A DNA stretch of 64,000 bases from an uncultured bacterium. GTDB taxonomy: Bacteria; Hydrothermota; UBA3073; NMUJ01; CBEVQO01. Shown here in pieces: positions 1 through 10,562 of this stretch (its first letter is position 1; every line of letters begins with the position of its first letter). Under the pieces are notes generated by a model. That model made no database searches. It was not told the origin of the DNA and was given only the letters and a program-made list of their open reading frames with translations. Position numbers and translations under genes: made by a program. The stretch covers positions 64,001-128,000 of the forward strand of contig CBEVQO010000001.1 in assembly GCA_965552055.1 (NCBI GenBank). Direction: 5' to 3'.

Positions 1-258
1 TTTCGGCACATCGCAGAACTTGTAAGTATTGTTGGGAGGAGTAAATATCGCATCCGCAAGGTCTAACCCAACCTTGTTCCTGTCTATATCGAACGCACAC
101 GAGAACTCAATATCTCCAATGTGATAGGGCCCAAAAAGAACATGCATTATCCCTGGTATTTTTTCATCCGGACGAGCATCCCTGTAATAATGAACTCCCT
201 GAACCAAACTTGAAGCACAATTCCCAACCCCTACGATTCCAACGCGTATTTTCGGCAT
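1..258 (-). CDS. ino1: myo-inositol-1-phosphate synthase (5' part; runs off the left edge of the window)
   Basis: Not in the ORF track. Hand translation from ATG at 258 gives [26 protein letters not shown]..., the typical Ino1 N-terminus. SD GAAGGAGGGG upstream. Confidence 0.9.
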   Translation of the reverse strand, partial: MPKIRVGIVGVGNCASSLVQGVHYYRDARPDEKIPGIMHVLFGPYHIGDIEFSCAFDIDRNKVGLDLADAIFTPPNNTYKFCDVPK

Positions 259-295
259 ATCCCCTCCTTCTTACACTAACCCTTATAAATCGTAA

Positions 296-323
296 ATTAT
301 AATCAAAATTACAGATTTGTCAA
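296..323 (-). promoter_or_regulatory. sigma70-type promoter TTGACA-N16-TATAAT (ino1)
   Basis: -35 at 318-323, -10 at 296-301; both perfect consensus. Confidence 0.8.
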
Positions 324-330
324 GCAAAAA

Positions 331-1893
331 TTATGACTTTTTCAAAGAATGATAAATAGTAAAAAACGCAAGCAAAAGCAAAATTAAACTTATTGAAAAT
401 AAGTAATAAACCTCTGTTTTATAAAAATCAATTGCTTCCAGTATCAATGCCGTAATTGTAACTGCGAACATAAAAATCGAGGGTAAAAGCGTGTAAATTG
501 CTCTTTTCCTTTGATTCATCAAATAAACGCTCACCACAAGTAAAGCTATCGCAGCTACAAGCTGATTCGAAGCACCAAAAACAGGCCATATTTTCTTATA
601 AGCACCGGTAGCAAGTAAACCGGCAAGGAATACTATTATCCCTGTGCTTAAAAATCTATTCCTTATTTTAAATAATTCCTCGCCTATGTATCGCGTTATC
701 CTTGTTGCGGTATCCAGAGTAGTAAGCACAAAGGCATTTAACATCGTCATCCCAACAAAACTTCCAAGACCTAAAAGAACAGGTTTTGTCACCCTGCCGA
801 AACCTTCGCCAAATGTATAAATCCAGCCTTTTTCGCTCATTAACGAAAGATAAGTAGCCCAGGAAAGACCAGCCGACACACTCAAAAGAGCAAGAATAGA
901 TAGTGCACTTTCTGCAAGCATAGCACCATAGCCTATCTTTTGAGCATCATATTCTGAAGGTAATTGCTTAGATGTAGTACCACTCGAAACAAGCGAATGA
1001 AAACCAGAAATTGCACCACAGGCAATTATAACCATGAGCATAGGAAAGAGAGGACCTTTCGCACTCATAAACCCTGTAAAAGCAGGTGCTTTTATCACAG
1101 GATGAGTTATAAGTAAACCCACAAAACCTACAAGTATCCCAAAGAAAAGAATAGAAGTGGATAAATAATCACGGGGTTGCAGCAAAATATTAACGGGTAT
1201 TATTGCAGCAAAATAGGCATATATCAGAAGAATAAAAGTCCAGATTTTTGCATTCCATATTTTTACAGGAAATTTAACACCCGTAATGATTAAAAGAAAC
1301 AAAATAGCAAATCCAAGGATGGAAGCAAATCCAAGGTTCATTTTATATCTGTAAATCAAAATGCCTATAAAAATAGCAAGGGGTATTAACCCGAAAGTCG
1401 GTATAACAATTTGGGGTGCTTCCTGTAAGGTTTTCCCGGCTACTGCGGCAAACACTGCCATAACAAGGATTAAAGAAAGCCAGATAAACCCTGCAAACGC
1501 CACTCTAACTGCTCTGCCCATAACACTTTCTGATACATCTGCTATTGATTTGCCCTGATGACGCAAAGAAATCATCAAAGATGAAAAATCATGCACAGCT
1601 CCAATTACAATAGCACCTATTATGAGCCAGATAGCACAGGGTAACCAGCCCCATATTGCACACGCAATAACAGGACCAAGTATAGGACCAGCACCTGCAA
1701 TCGAAGCAAAATGATGACCAAAAAGCATCAACCAGTGACGAGCAGGAACATAATCAATACCATCATAAAACTTCTTAGATGGCACTTCTTTATCAGCCGA
1801 TAATTCAAAAACCTTTGCCAATTTTTTACCGTAAAATCTATATCCCAGGATATAAAAGACAACCGCAATTAATACGATTGTAAGTGAATTCAT
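331..1893 (-). CDS. cstA: Carbon starvation protein A family peptide/pyruvate transporter
   Basis: GHHFASIAGAGPILGP and IACGAISGFHSLVSSGTTSKQL motifs; many TM helices. Confidence 0.93.
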   Translation of the reverse strand: MNSLTIVLIAVVFYILGYRFYGKKLAKVFELSADKEVPSKKFYDGIDYVPARHWLMLFGHHFASIAGAGPILGPVIACAIWGWLPCAIWLIIGAIVIGAVHDFSSLMISLRHQGKSIADVSESVMGRAVRVAFAGFIWLSLILVMAVFAAVAGKTLQEAPQIVIPTFGLIPLAIFIGILIYRYKMNLGFASILGFAILFLLIITGVKFPVKIWNAKIWTFILLIYAYFAAIIPVNILLQPRDYLSTSILFFGILVGFVGLLITHPVIKAPAFTGFMSAKGPLFPMLMVIIACGAISGFHSLVSSGTTSKQLPSEYDAQKIGYGAMLAESALSILALLSVSAGLSWATYLSLMSEKGWIYTFGEGFGRVTKPVLLGLGSFVGMTMLNAFVLTTLDTATRITRYIGEELFKIRNRFLSTGIIVFLAGLLATGAYKKIWPVFGASNQLVAAIALLVVSVYLMNQRKRAIYTLLPSIFMFAVTITALILEAIDFYKTEVYYLFSISLILLLLAFFTIYHSLKKS

Positions 1894-4592
1894 TATTTTA
1901 TTATCACGACCTTGCGAATGAGTTTATGCTGAGGAGTCGTCATTTTCACAAAGTACACACCCGATGGCAAGTCTTCAATATTCAATTTTATCACATAACT
2001 TGACTTTTCTGACTTACCTCCAAACACTTCTTTCACTTTTCTACCGTTTACATCATACATATTAATCTTGACTTCTTCTCCTGTTTTTGCACTAAATTTA
2101 ACAACGAGCTCTTTTCCAGCGGGATTTGTAACCTGCAATTTGACACCGGATGGAAGATTTTCTCCCAAACTCACAACTTTAATGGTTTCAGAAAGCGTAT
2201 CATTTGCATGATTTATATCTTCCGGTAAATTCGTTATAAGATAAGCAATGTAATTCCCGGTATCTGATGGTGATGTGAAAACGAATTTCACCTCACCGGT
2301 ATCATTTGCATCAAGCAAAATATTTTGCGAATCCCTAACAATTTCGTGTAGTTGTAAATCCTTGAGGATAAATTCCACAGGTATAGTTGCTTCTATTTCA
2401 CCATTTTGGGCAACAGATGTTTTTACCGTGCAACTAACATTAGGAGGAATTTCTGTTACTTTTATGGATACAGGAAATGCATCAACTCTTGGTTCTCTAA
2501 CATAAAATGTTGAAGTTAAAGAATCGTTTGTGGTGTTTGTATCCAGATTATCACCCATATTCACTTTAACTTTTATAGTGTAAGTTCCAACATTTTGGGG
2601 TATCCATTCTTTAAATTTGATTTCTCTTTCTTCTCCCGGCAATAAACCGACGACTAGTGTGCTATCTGTATAAATCTTTGTAGCTCCTTCAAATATAAAA
2701 CATTCCGCAAGAGCAGATACACTTATATCCCCATTATTCCTTGCAATAAAGGATGGACAAAAGCCAACGCTCCTTGGCACAGAATCAGAAGGATAAGAAA
2801 TAAATAGCGCTTCTACATCGCTTTTACCTGTGCCAATACTTACTGCTTCTTTCTCCATGCAATCATTCAATGTATCAAGATTCGCTTCGGGATTTACAAT
2901 TATCCCTGCTTTTATTTTATAAACAATATTCGATTTATTTGCCGTATTAAACACAAAATCAACATCTTTAATATTAAGAGGCGGCAATGAAAGCACATCC
3001 TGTGTATCTATAACTATTAAAGAGTCGTTTTCATAAATTTCGCATTTCACTTTAAATGTTTGCGCAATATCCTGAGAATTATTTTTTACAGTAACTTTTA
3101 CAATATAAGTCGTATCCATCTTCAAAAGCGAAGGCAATGTTATCTGTTCAATCGAAGGGTCAAACAAGGAATAATATATTCTCAATTTTCTAAACACAGG
3201 GGTTAAATCTGCAGATTTTGTTACAAATTTTAATTTATACTGGAAATATCTACCCATTTTGACGATCGAAACTGTATCTGTAAGTGGCTTTTCCTCCCAA
3301 TCACACCAATTAGTAGCATCTTTTGCCGTTCTGTATGAAACATAAATCTCCTGCCCATTAGCATTAAAATCAGGGATTGCAAACATTATCGTATAAACAT
3401 CACCAATATCAATGATAGGAGAAACAAATACTCCGGTGGAGCAATAATTAGAAGAAGTCACTATTTCCGTAGCATAAGGATAGGGCAAAGGTCTAAATCC
3501 CAGATCTAAAGGATTTGCACCGTTTGTACAATAGAGATATCCTCTGTAATCATCTCCTCTCGGAGCAGCAATCTGAGAAGGTGGATATTTATCCCATGCA
3601 CTCAAAGTCCCTGCAGGTGAAACCATAGCCCTTAAAGTCGAAAAGTAAGTCAATTTACCATAATTAACCAGATCATAAATATAAACACCGCCGTAAATGA
3701 GTAATGCATTGCCGGTAGAAGACATCCAGTGAAACACTCTACCTGTATCATTTGGTGAACCAAAGATATAAGTTGAATCCCAGAAAGATATCGTATCATT
3801 AAGTATTTTCGCATAATAAACTTTATTATTTACAGGGTTATAAGGCATACCCGGGTCTTGTGTACCTCCTGTGACATAGAGATAACCCTTGGAGCATTCA
3901 AAAGTGATAAAGTAGGCAGCAACAGGCAAATCTCTAAGCTGAATCCAATCGCTCAAACTTCCATCAGCTAAAACCTTTGCACAATATAACTCTTTCCTTA
4001 CAGATGCACCATCATTACCGCCTCCGACAAATATTCTTTCACCATCAGTAGCCACACCCATAAAACGAAGAGCAACAGGTAAAGGCGTCGTCTCACGCCA
4101 TTCTCCAAAAGAATCACCTTCAAGTCTCGTATAATAAACTTTATTAGAAATACCTGTATTTGTCCCTCCTCCCAAAAGATAAAAGTATCCTCCGCACTTC
4201 ACAAAACCCATTCCCGATAACTCTACAGGTAATTGACGGTTTAAAACTTCCCAGTTTTTCATACTATCTCCTTTTACTTCACACCTTTGTACAGTATTTA
4301 AAATAATAGCCGAACTGACATCACCCGTATCTCCGCCAAATATATAAAATTTGTCATTATAAATCAGCATTGCAGGGAAGCGCGTAGGAATGGGAATAGA
4401 CTCGCATTGCAACCACGATGAACAGAGCTTCGCACTATCGTAATCTAACCTCAAAAAGAATGTATCAGTAACTGCATCTATACTAACATTGTCAAGATTA
4501 CCCGCAGAAAAATGAGAGAGACCCCCTATTTCCCTTTGCAAACCATAAACAGCACCTGCTAAAAAGAAAATAAAAACACAGAACTTCTTCAT
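1893..4592 (-). CDS. Secreted Kelch-repeat beta-propeller + Ig-like (CARDB-like) protein with T9SS-type C-terminal sorting domain
   Basis: Signal peptide; repeated Y-x-x-GG Kelch blades; Ig-like repeats ending NDxL; C-terminus ...YDVNGRKVK...LPSGVYFVKM...KVVIIK. Confidence 0.75.
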   Translation of the reverse strand: MKKFCVFIFFLAGAVYGLQREIGGLSHFSAGNLDNVSIDAVTDTFFLRLDYDSAKLCSSWLQCESIPIPTRFPAMLIYNDKFYIFGGDTGDVSSAIILNTVQRCEVKGDSMKNWEVLNRQLPVELSGMGFVKCGGYFYLLGGGTNTGISNKVYYTRLEGDSFGEWRETTPLPVALRFMGVATDGERIFVGGGNDGASVRKELYCAKVLADGSLSDWIQLRDLPVAAYFITFECSKGYLYVTGGTQDPGMPYNPVNNKVYYAKILNDTISFWDSTYIFGSPNDTGRVFHWMSSTGNALLIYGGVYIYDLVNYGKLTYFSTLRAMVSPAGTLSAWDKYPPSQIAAPRGDDYRGYLYCTNGANPLDLGFRPLPYPYATEIVTSSNYCSTGVFVSPIIDIGDVYTIMFAIPDFNANGQEIYVSYRTAKDATNWCDWEEKPLTDTVSIVKMGRYFQYKLKFVTKSADLTPVFRKLRIYYSLFDPSIEQITLPSLLKMDTTYIVKVTVKNNSQDIAQTFKVKCEIYENDSLIVIDTQDVLSLPPLNIKDVDFVFNTANKSNIVYKIKAGIIVNPEANLDTLNDCMEKEAVSIGTGKSDVEALFISYPSDSVPRSVGFCPSFIARNNGDISVSALAECFIFEGATKIYTDSTLVVGLLPGEEREIKFKEWIPQNVGTYTIKVKVNMGDNLDTNTTNDSLTSTFYVREPRVDAFPVSIKVTEIPPNVSCTVKTSVAQNGEIEATIPVEFILKDLQLHEIVRDSQNILLDANDTGEVKFVFTSPSDTGNYIAYLITNLPEDINHANDTLSETIKVVSLGENLPSGVKLQVTNPAGKELVVKFSAKTGEEVKINMYDVNGRKVKEVFGGKSEKSSYVIKLNIEDLPSGVYFVKMTTPQHKLIRKVVIIK

Positions 4593-4593
4593 T

Positions 4594-6342
4594 TTACCCC
4601 CCTTTTAAAAGTTTTGAAATTTCATTATCCACAGATTTTTGTAAATCGTTAAATTCTTCCAATTTATCCTCCGGAATGTATTTCATCCTTGCAATTTTTT
4701 CCATAACTTCCATCTCCCTTAAATCTTCCACCTTTACTCCTTTTTTAACTGCTTCCTTTGCCCTTTCATAAAAATGCATTATAACTTTTAACATAAAATA
4801 TTGTTTTTTAATCGATGTATAGGTATCTGTTTCGTGAAAAGCATTCTGGTGCAGGAAATCTTCTCTTATTGAACGAGCAGTTTCAAGGATCAATTTTTCC
4901 TCTTCCGATAAAGCTTCTATCCCGACCAGTCGCACTATCTCCTCTAACTCTGCCTCCTTCTCGAGCAACGCCATTGCTTCCTTTCTCAATTCAGGAAAAT
5001 CTTCTCCAACATTATTTTTTACCCACTCCTCAAGTGAATCGAGATAAAGCGAATAACTCGTGAGCCAGTGGATCGCAGGAAAATGTCGCCTGTAAGCCAA
5101 TCTGTCTTCTAAACTCCAGAATACCTTTACTATTCTGAGTGTCGCCTGAACAACAGGGTCTGCAAGGTCGCCTCCTGGTGGCGATACAGCACCAACAACA
5201 GTAAGCGAACCTTCCCTGTTATCGGAGCAGAGACATTTAACTCTGCCAGCCCTCTCGTAAAATTCAGCTATCCTGGTCTGCAAATAAGCAGGATAACCTT
5301 CTTCTCCCGGCATCTCCTCAAGTCTTCCTGATATCTCTCTCATCGCTTCAGCCCAGCGCGAAGTAGAATCAGCCATTAAAGCAACAGAATATCCCATATC
5401 CCTAAAATATTCGCCTATCGTTATCCCGGTATAAACAGAAGCCTCCCTTGCTGCAACAGGCATATTTGAAGTATTGGCAATTAATACCGTGCGCTCCATT
5501 AAAGGTCTGCCGGATTTCGGGTCTTTCAGCTGCGGAAACTCTATTAAAACATCCGTCATCTCATTTCCTCTTTCACCGCATCCAACATAAATTACGATGT
5601 GGGCATCCGACCACTTCGCAAGCTGATGCTGTAAAACGGTTTTACCTGAACCAAAAGGACCCGGACAACATCCAGTACCGCCTTTCGCAATTGTAAAGAA
5701 AGTATCTATCACTCTTTGACCTGTATACATGGGAGTTGATGGAGGCAGTTTCTCTTTATAGGGACGAGGAAGGCGAACAGGCCATCTTTGATACATCTTT
5801 AAACCTTTTCCAGACACAACGCATATAACATCTTCTACCGTAAATTTTCCTTCTTTTATTTCATCAATAACACCTTCGATACCCGGTGGCACCATTATTT
5901 TATGAGAAACGAGTGGCGTCTCCTGAACCTCACCAATGATGTCTCCGCTTTTTACTTTTTCTCCTTTTTTCCTTAAAGGTTTAAAATACCATTTCTTATC
6001 TCTTGGTAAAGCATTTATATGTATGCCCCTCGCAATGTTTGGTCCAACTTTATCCTTTATTATTTCAAGGGGTCTCTGTATTCCATCGAAAATTGCACCT
6101 ATTAGACCTGGTCCCAGTTCAACGGATAGTGGCTCAAATGTAGGATAAACAGGGTCACCGGGTTTCAAGCCGGTGGTATCTTCATAAACCTGAATAGACG
6201 CCCTATCACCATCAAGCCCTATTATCTCGCCAATCAGCCTGAACTCACCAACATGAACAACATCATACATCTTTGAACCTTCCATTTTCTCAGCTACCAC
6301 AAGAGGTCCTGATATTTTAACTATGCGACCTATTTTTTCCAT
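4594..6342 (-). CDS. ntpA: V/A-type ATP synthase catalytic subunit A
   Basis: GPFGSGKT Walker [33 protein letters not shown]. Start moved to ATG 6342 (MEKIG). Confidence 0.96.
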   Translation of the reverse strand: MEKIGRIVKISGPLVVAEKMEGSKMYDVVHVGEFRLIGEIIGLDGDRASIQVYEDTTGLKPGDPVYPTFEPLSVELGPGLIGAIFDGIQRPLEIIKDKVGPNIARGIHINALPRDKKWYFKPLRKKGEKVKSGDIIGEVQETPLVSHKIMVPPGIEGVIDEIKEGKFTVEDVICVVSGKGLKMYQRWPVRLPRPYKEKLPPSTPMYTGQRVIDTFFTIAKGGTGCCPGPFGSGKTVLQHQLAKWSDAHIVIYVGCGERGNEMTDVLIEFPQLKDPKSGRPLMERTVLIANTSNMPVAAREASVYTGITIGEYFRDMGYSVALMADSTSRWAEAMREISGRLEEMPGEEGYPAYLQTRIAEFYERAGRVKCLCSDNREGSLTVVGAVSPPGGDLADPVVQATLRIVKVFWSLEDRLAYRRHFPAIHWLTSYSLYLDSLEEWVKNNVGEDFPELRKEAMALLEKEAELEEIVRLVGIEALSEEEKLILETARSIREDFLHQNAFHETDTYTSIKKQYFMLKVIMHFYERAKEAVKKGVKVEDLREMEVMEKIARMKYIPEDKLEEFNDLQKSVDNEISKLLKGG

Positions 6343-6349
6343 CTTATTA

Positions 6350-6376
6350 ATTAAAATCAAAATCCCATTTTGTCAA
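6350..6376 (-). promoter_or_regulatory. Promoter TTGACA-N15-TTTAAT, 7 nt before ntpA ATG
   Basis: Perfect -35 at 6371-6376; -10 is one mismatch from TATAAT; no SD. Confidence 0.6.
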
Positions 6377-6386
6377 GAAAAAATTC

Positions 6387-6413
6387 TTGACATTTTAAAA
6401 TTTTGATTTTAAT
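6387..6413 (+). promoter_or_regulatory. Promoter TTGACA-N15-TTTAAT (alternatively N17-TAATAT) for the pilin cluster
   Basis: Perfect -35 at 6387-6392; ATGs at 6417 and 6420; no SD. Confidence 0.6.
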
Positions 6414-6416
6414 ATT

Positions 6417-6788
6417 ATGATGAGGCGAAGTGCTTTACTTGATTTATTTATAGTTGCGGTATTGATAGGTCTTATAATTCCTATCATTTTGCCGAAAATA
6501 ACACAAAGTAAGAGGAGGAAAGAAGAGGTCATTGAAGTGGCTGATAAATTGCACAAAGCCATTAGATTTTATAAGCTGGACAGAGGACATTATCCCATGA
6601 TGGAGTATGATGATTATAAAAAGTTCGCTGAATCTCTCACAGATACGCAGGGCATACCTTATATCAGGTTACCTGAGGAGATTGAGTTAGACGAATTTTT
6701 ATATCGACCACTGGATGATACGAATTACTTCGTGCTAATGAAAACTGATAAATTTGAGATAAAAATAGACAAGAGGGGAATAAGATAA
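6417..6788 (+). CDS. Type IV pilin / T2SS pseudopilin (GspG-like), degenerate N-terminus
   Basis: Basic N-terminus, hydrophobic helix LLDLFIVAVLIGLIIPIILP, then AIRFYKLDRGHYP (resembles the GspG YxLDxGxYP motif). Confidence 0.65.
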   Translation: MMRRSALLDLFIVAVLIGLIIPIILPKITQSKRRKEEVIEVADKLHKAIRFYKLDRGHYPMMEYDDYKKFAESLTDTQGIPYIRLPEEIELDEFLYRPLDDTNYFVLMKTDKFEIKIDKRGIR

Positions 6789-8137
6789 TGCCTCTTGGAG
6801 TTGAAATAACAGAGAGTGAAATCAAAGTTGTGAACATCGATAAAGTAGGTGGGGATTATATTTTCAAGGGTCATATTGTAACTCCCATTTCAAGGTCTGC
6901 ACTGCATGAAGGAGAAATCGTTGATACAGATGCATTCCTGAGGGATATTGCGAGTGTAATAGAAAGCATATCTCCGGGTGAGAGGTCTATTGCCATTGCA
7001 TTGCCCGAGAACCCCAGATATTCTGAACTGCTTATGAATACACTCACTGAAGGAGGTTTTTCAATAATTTTCAGCGATACAAAAACTTCGGCTCTGAGAT
7101 TCGCATACCCAGCTGAAAAGAAAGTGGCAATAATCAGTATAAATGAATCCAAAACTTATGTAAGCATTGTAAAAGAAGATGGCTCATTTGAAGGTAAAGA
7201 ATTCCCTTTCGGAATTGTGAATTTCATCCATGCTATAAGGGAACTTGCAGAAGATTTAACCGAAAGTGAAGCCAAAAAAATATTATTTGGAGAAAAATGG
7301 CCCGATGCAACAAGATATAAACTAAAGGATATGTCCCACAAAATAAAAGGCACAATCGATGTACTCGGAGGAATGTTACTCGATGAATTCCCTGAATACT
7401 TTCAGGGAGAGGAGAAGCTCAAAATTATAATAAGCGGAGAAGGCGCTTTATTACCAGGGATAACAGAAGCATTCAGAGAGCGCTTTAGCACACAGGTTGA
7501 AACAATTGACCCCTTACAGGGATTTAAAATAGAAGAAGGAATCGCTGCACCACCAGGATACTCAATTGATATAGCTCTCGGTATCGCTATCGAAGCAATA
7601 GAATCGGAAGGTCTCGAAAAGAAAGTAAAAGTTAAAGAAAAAGAAAAGGTTAAAAAAGAAACAAAAAAAATAGCTGCACCTGCAAAGAAAAAAAGGGCAT
7701 CAGGAGTGTTAACTTTTCTGATAATTTGGGGAATATTACTCGGCGGAAGTTTCTTCGGCATGGACTATTATCTCAAAAGTCTCGATAAAAAGACAAAAAA
7801 TTTAATGCTCATTACACCAAAATCTTATGCAATACCTGATTTCAAAAATTATCACATTATAAGAGCACTGGAAATAAATTTAATGAACGCAATAAATAAA
7901 GTCCTGCCTGAATCAACATGGTTCACAGCACTAAATGAAATAAGCAGATCGGAAAACGGCATATTATTCCAAATAGATGGAATGACAGCACTGGGAAATC
8001 CGTTGAAAATTGAAAAAATGTTCAATTCAAATAAAAATTTCGATAAAGTAAGGATATGGAATATCAAAAAGGTAAAAGAAACAAAAAAACTGGTTATAAA
8101 AAGTTTCAGTCTCACTGGTAGATTTTATCTGAAATGA
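6788..8137 (+). CDS. PilM-PilN fusion (GspL-like alignment protein)
   Basis: Actin-like N-terminus LGVEITESEIKVV and IIISGEGALLPG; Lys-rich linker; one TM; PilN-like LPESTWFTALN domain. Confidence 0.65.
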   Translation: MPLGVEITESEIKVVNIDKVGGDYIFKGHIVTPISRSALHEGEIVDTDAFLRDIASVIESISPGERSIAIALPENPRYSELLMNTLTEGGFSIIFSDTKTSALRFAYPAEKKVAIISINESKTYVSIVKEDGSFEGKEFPFGIVNFIHAIRELAEDLTESEAKKILFGEKWPDATRYKLKDMSHKIKGTIDVLGGMLLDEFPEYFQGEEKLKIIISGEGALLPGITEAFRERFSTQVETIDPLQGFKIEEGIAAPPGYSIDIALGIAIEAIESEGLEKKVKVKEKEKVKKETKKIAAPAKKKRASGVLTFLIIWGILLGGSFFGMDYYLKSLDKKTKNLMLITPKSYAIPDFKNYHIIRALEINLMNAINKVLPESTWFTALNEISRSENGILFQIDGMTALGNPLKIEKMFNSNKNFDKVRIWNIKKVKETKKLVIKSFSLTGRFYLK

Positions 8138-8598
8138 GGTGGTTTTTAGTGATAGTGATTGCAGGTGTAGGCACTTACTACTACTATCAAAAAATCTTTA
8201 AACATAAACTTAATGAATTGAGAAAAAAAGAAGAACAATACGAATTGGCAAAATCAACAGAAGCAATTCTTTTCAAAGATGTAAAAGTAAGATTACTCCT
8301 TAAATCAAAATTGAAGAATTTCATCGAAAAAGATTTCAGAAAACTCGTTGATAAATATCCTGTAATATTATTGACGCCTCCCGAATTCATTTCAAAATCA
8401 GACGAAAAATATTATATAGCCCACAGGTATAGAATTAAAATGAGAGCAAAATATCATGATTTCGGGAAATTACTTTCTGAATTGCTGAAAAAATACGAAT
8501 TCGCAGAAATCGAAAAATTAAGAATGAGATATTCAAACTCGAAGAATTATCCTGTTGATATTGAATTTGTATTGATATGTTATACTACAAAATCATAA
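8134..8598 (+). CDS. PilO/GspM-like protein
   Basis: N-terminal TM, coiled coil, PilO-like YHDFGKLLSEL segment; position after PilMN. Confidence 0.6.
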   Translation: MRWFLVIVIAGVGTYYYYQKIFKHKLNELRKKEEQYELAKSTEAILFKDVKVRLLLKSKLKNFIEKDFRKLVDKYPVILLTPPEFISKSDEKYYIAHRYRIKMRAKYHDFGKLLSELLKKYEFAEIEKLRMRYSNSKNYPVDIEFVLICYTTKS

Positions 8599-9008
8599 TA
8601 TTTTTGCTGACAATATCTCTTGATTATTACCCGAAAGGCAGGGACCCATTTTTGCCACTTGAGTTCATCACGAAAGAAGAAATCACACCTCTTAAGGTGT
8701 CTGAAAAAGCAAAAGAAGAGAGTGTAGAAACTGTAAAGGAAGAGGCAGAAGAAAAAACCGAAGTGAAAGAAAAAATAAGAGAAACAAAATTAATCGACCC
8801 TGAGTATGCAGAACTTGTAGGACTGCTCTATACACCAAAGAAAAAAATAGCGCTTATAAGGGATAAGAGAACGGGTAAAGAAGTATTAATGCAGGTGGGT
8901 GACACCGTACTTAATGGCAACCTCGTTTTCATCGGTAGGAATCGCGTCGTTTTCAGATATTATAAGAATGGTAAATTAACGGGAAAAACTTTGCTCCCAA
9001 GCTGGTAA
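8577..9008 (+). CDS. PilP/GspC-like protein
   Basis: Hydrophobic N-terminus, GRDPFLP motif, LVGLL...IALIRD...VGD beta domain. Confidence 0.6.
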   Translation: MLYYKIIIFLLTISLDYYPKGRDPFLPLEFITKEEITPLKVSEKAKEESVETVKEEAEEKTEVKEKIRETKLIDPEYAELVGLLYTPKKKIALIRDKRTGKEVLMQVGDTVLNGNLVFIGRNRVVFRYYKNGKLTGKTLLPSW

Positions 9009-10562
9009 TTCTTCTTTTAATCTGAAATATTCTCTGATAACTTCGCGTGCTATAGGTGCTGCCTTAACTCCACCCATTCCACCATGTTCTACCACCACAA
9101 CTACAGCTATTTCTGCGGAATCACGGGGTGCGAATGCACAAAAAAGTGCATGCGGCTTGCCAAGAGGATTCTCTGCTGTGCCTGTTTTACCACATACAGA
9201 TAACCCGGGAATATAAGCAAGATGACCCGTGCCATAGGGCTTACCAACTACACCTTCCATCGCAGACTTCAAAAACTGGATTGTTGACTCAGATAAAGGC
9301 AGCTCATAATCCTGTACATTTATGGAACAAAATATCCTGTTACCTGATTTCACTTTTTTAACAAGATGCAATCTCTTTGTCTTACCGTTATTTGCTATTG
9401 CACAAAAAAATTGTAACAATTGCAAAGGGGTGCATAAAATTTCACCCTGCCCTATTGATAGGTTGGCAACATCTCCTTTCCATACTCTCCTGCCATATTT
9501 TTCTCTATAAAAACTCCTATCAGGAATAAAACCACTGCCTTCGTATGGTAAATCGATTCCCACTTTTTTACCAAATCCCATCTTTCTTGCAAATTTTGTT
9601 AGCTCATCGAATCCTATTTTTAAGCCAAGTTTATAGAAGAAAACATCACAAGATTTTACTATTGCATTGTAAAAATCAACTTCACCATGTGTGCTCCAGC
9701 ATTTAAAATATCTTCTTCCTATTTTCATCGCTCCGCTACAGAAAACTTTTGTATTTTCATCTGCAATGCCTTCCTCGAGTGCACAGGCAGCGGTTATTAT
9801 TTTGAAAACAGAACCAGGTGAATATGTTCCACAGGCAACTCTGTCCCACATTGCAAAGAGTGTATCACGAATATAAACACTAACAGAATTCGGATTAAAG
9901 CTGGGCTTAGAAATATAACATAAAATTTCACCGGTTCTCGGAGAAGCAGCAACTATAACGCCTCTATCTATCAAATTATAAGCAAACCTCTGTAGCCTCG
10001 AATCTATTGTTAAAACAAGGTCCTTACCGGCGCTTGGAGGTATATATTCAGGATAAGGAGCGATTTCTTTACCAGTGGCATCCACTATTACATAGGAATA
10101 TCCGCGTTTACCGCGCAAAAATTCCTCGTAGAACCGCTCGATACCCATCTTACCAATAACATCACCAAGAATATAAGGAGGCTGGAGCTCTTCTCTTGAA
10201 ACCTCGCCAACATATCCAACTGGATGCGAAAAGACATAAGAAAAAGGATACCAGCGATGAGGACGAATTTCTATATCCACGGGAAAAGAATCAATATGTT
10301 CCTCATAAAAAGCAATTCTTTCGAAGCTCGCATTTTTCTCGACCTCGTTATCTTTTTTAACCCAGTAGCTTATTTTATCCGTAGCAACAATCACACCATT
10401 TCTATCATAAATTTTACCTCGCCTTGCTCTCAAAATTTTTGCTTTAACACAATTTCTCTTCGCAAGAAGTTTATATTTCTCTTCGGATATTACCTGAAGA
10501 TAAATCAGTCTCAGTATTAATAGAGAAAATCCGGATAGAACAAAAATGTTAATCTTTTTCAC
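8976..10562 (-). CDS. mrdA: Penicillin-binding protein 2 (class B transpeptidase)
   Basis: RGKIYDRNG, SxxK (PGSVFK), SCD, GKTGTAE motifs. Confidence 0.9.
   Translation of the reverse strand: MKKINIFVLSGFSLLILRLIYLQVISEEKYKLLAKRNCVKAKILRARRGKIYDRNGVIVATDKISYWVKKDNEVEKNASFERIAFYEEHIDSFPVDIEIRPHRWYPFSYVFSHPVGYVGEVSREELQPPYILGDVIGKMGIERFYEEFLRGKRGYSYVIVDATGKEIAPYPEYIPPSAGKDLVLTIDSRLQRFAYNLIDRGVIVAASPRTGEILCYISKPSFNPNSVSVYIRDTLFAMWDRVACGTYSPGSVFKIITAACALEEGIADENTKVFCSGAMKIGRRYFKCWSTHGEVDFYNAIVKSCDVFFYKLGLKIGFDELTKFARKMGFGKKVGIDLPYEGSGFIPDRSFYREKYGRRVWKGDVANLSIGQGEILCTPLQLLQFFCAIANNGKTKRLHLVKKVKSGNRIFCSINVQDYELPLSESTIQFLKSAMEGVVGKPYGTGHLAYIPGLSVCGKTGTAENPLGKPHALFCAFAPRDSAEIAVVVVVEHGGMGGVKAAPIAREVIREYFRLKEELPAWEQSFSR

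Noticed and set aside
6371..6392. Inverted repeats TGTCAA...TTGACA here and at 11555-11575, 24767-24812, 30329-30360, 47312-47337, as IS ends or operator palindromes
   Set aside because: The gap varies from 9 to 34 nt and each half has its own -10 and gene; they are back-to-back -35 boxes.
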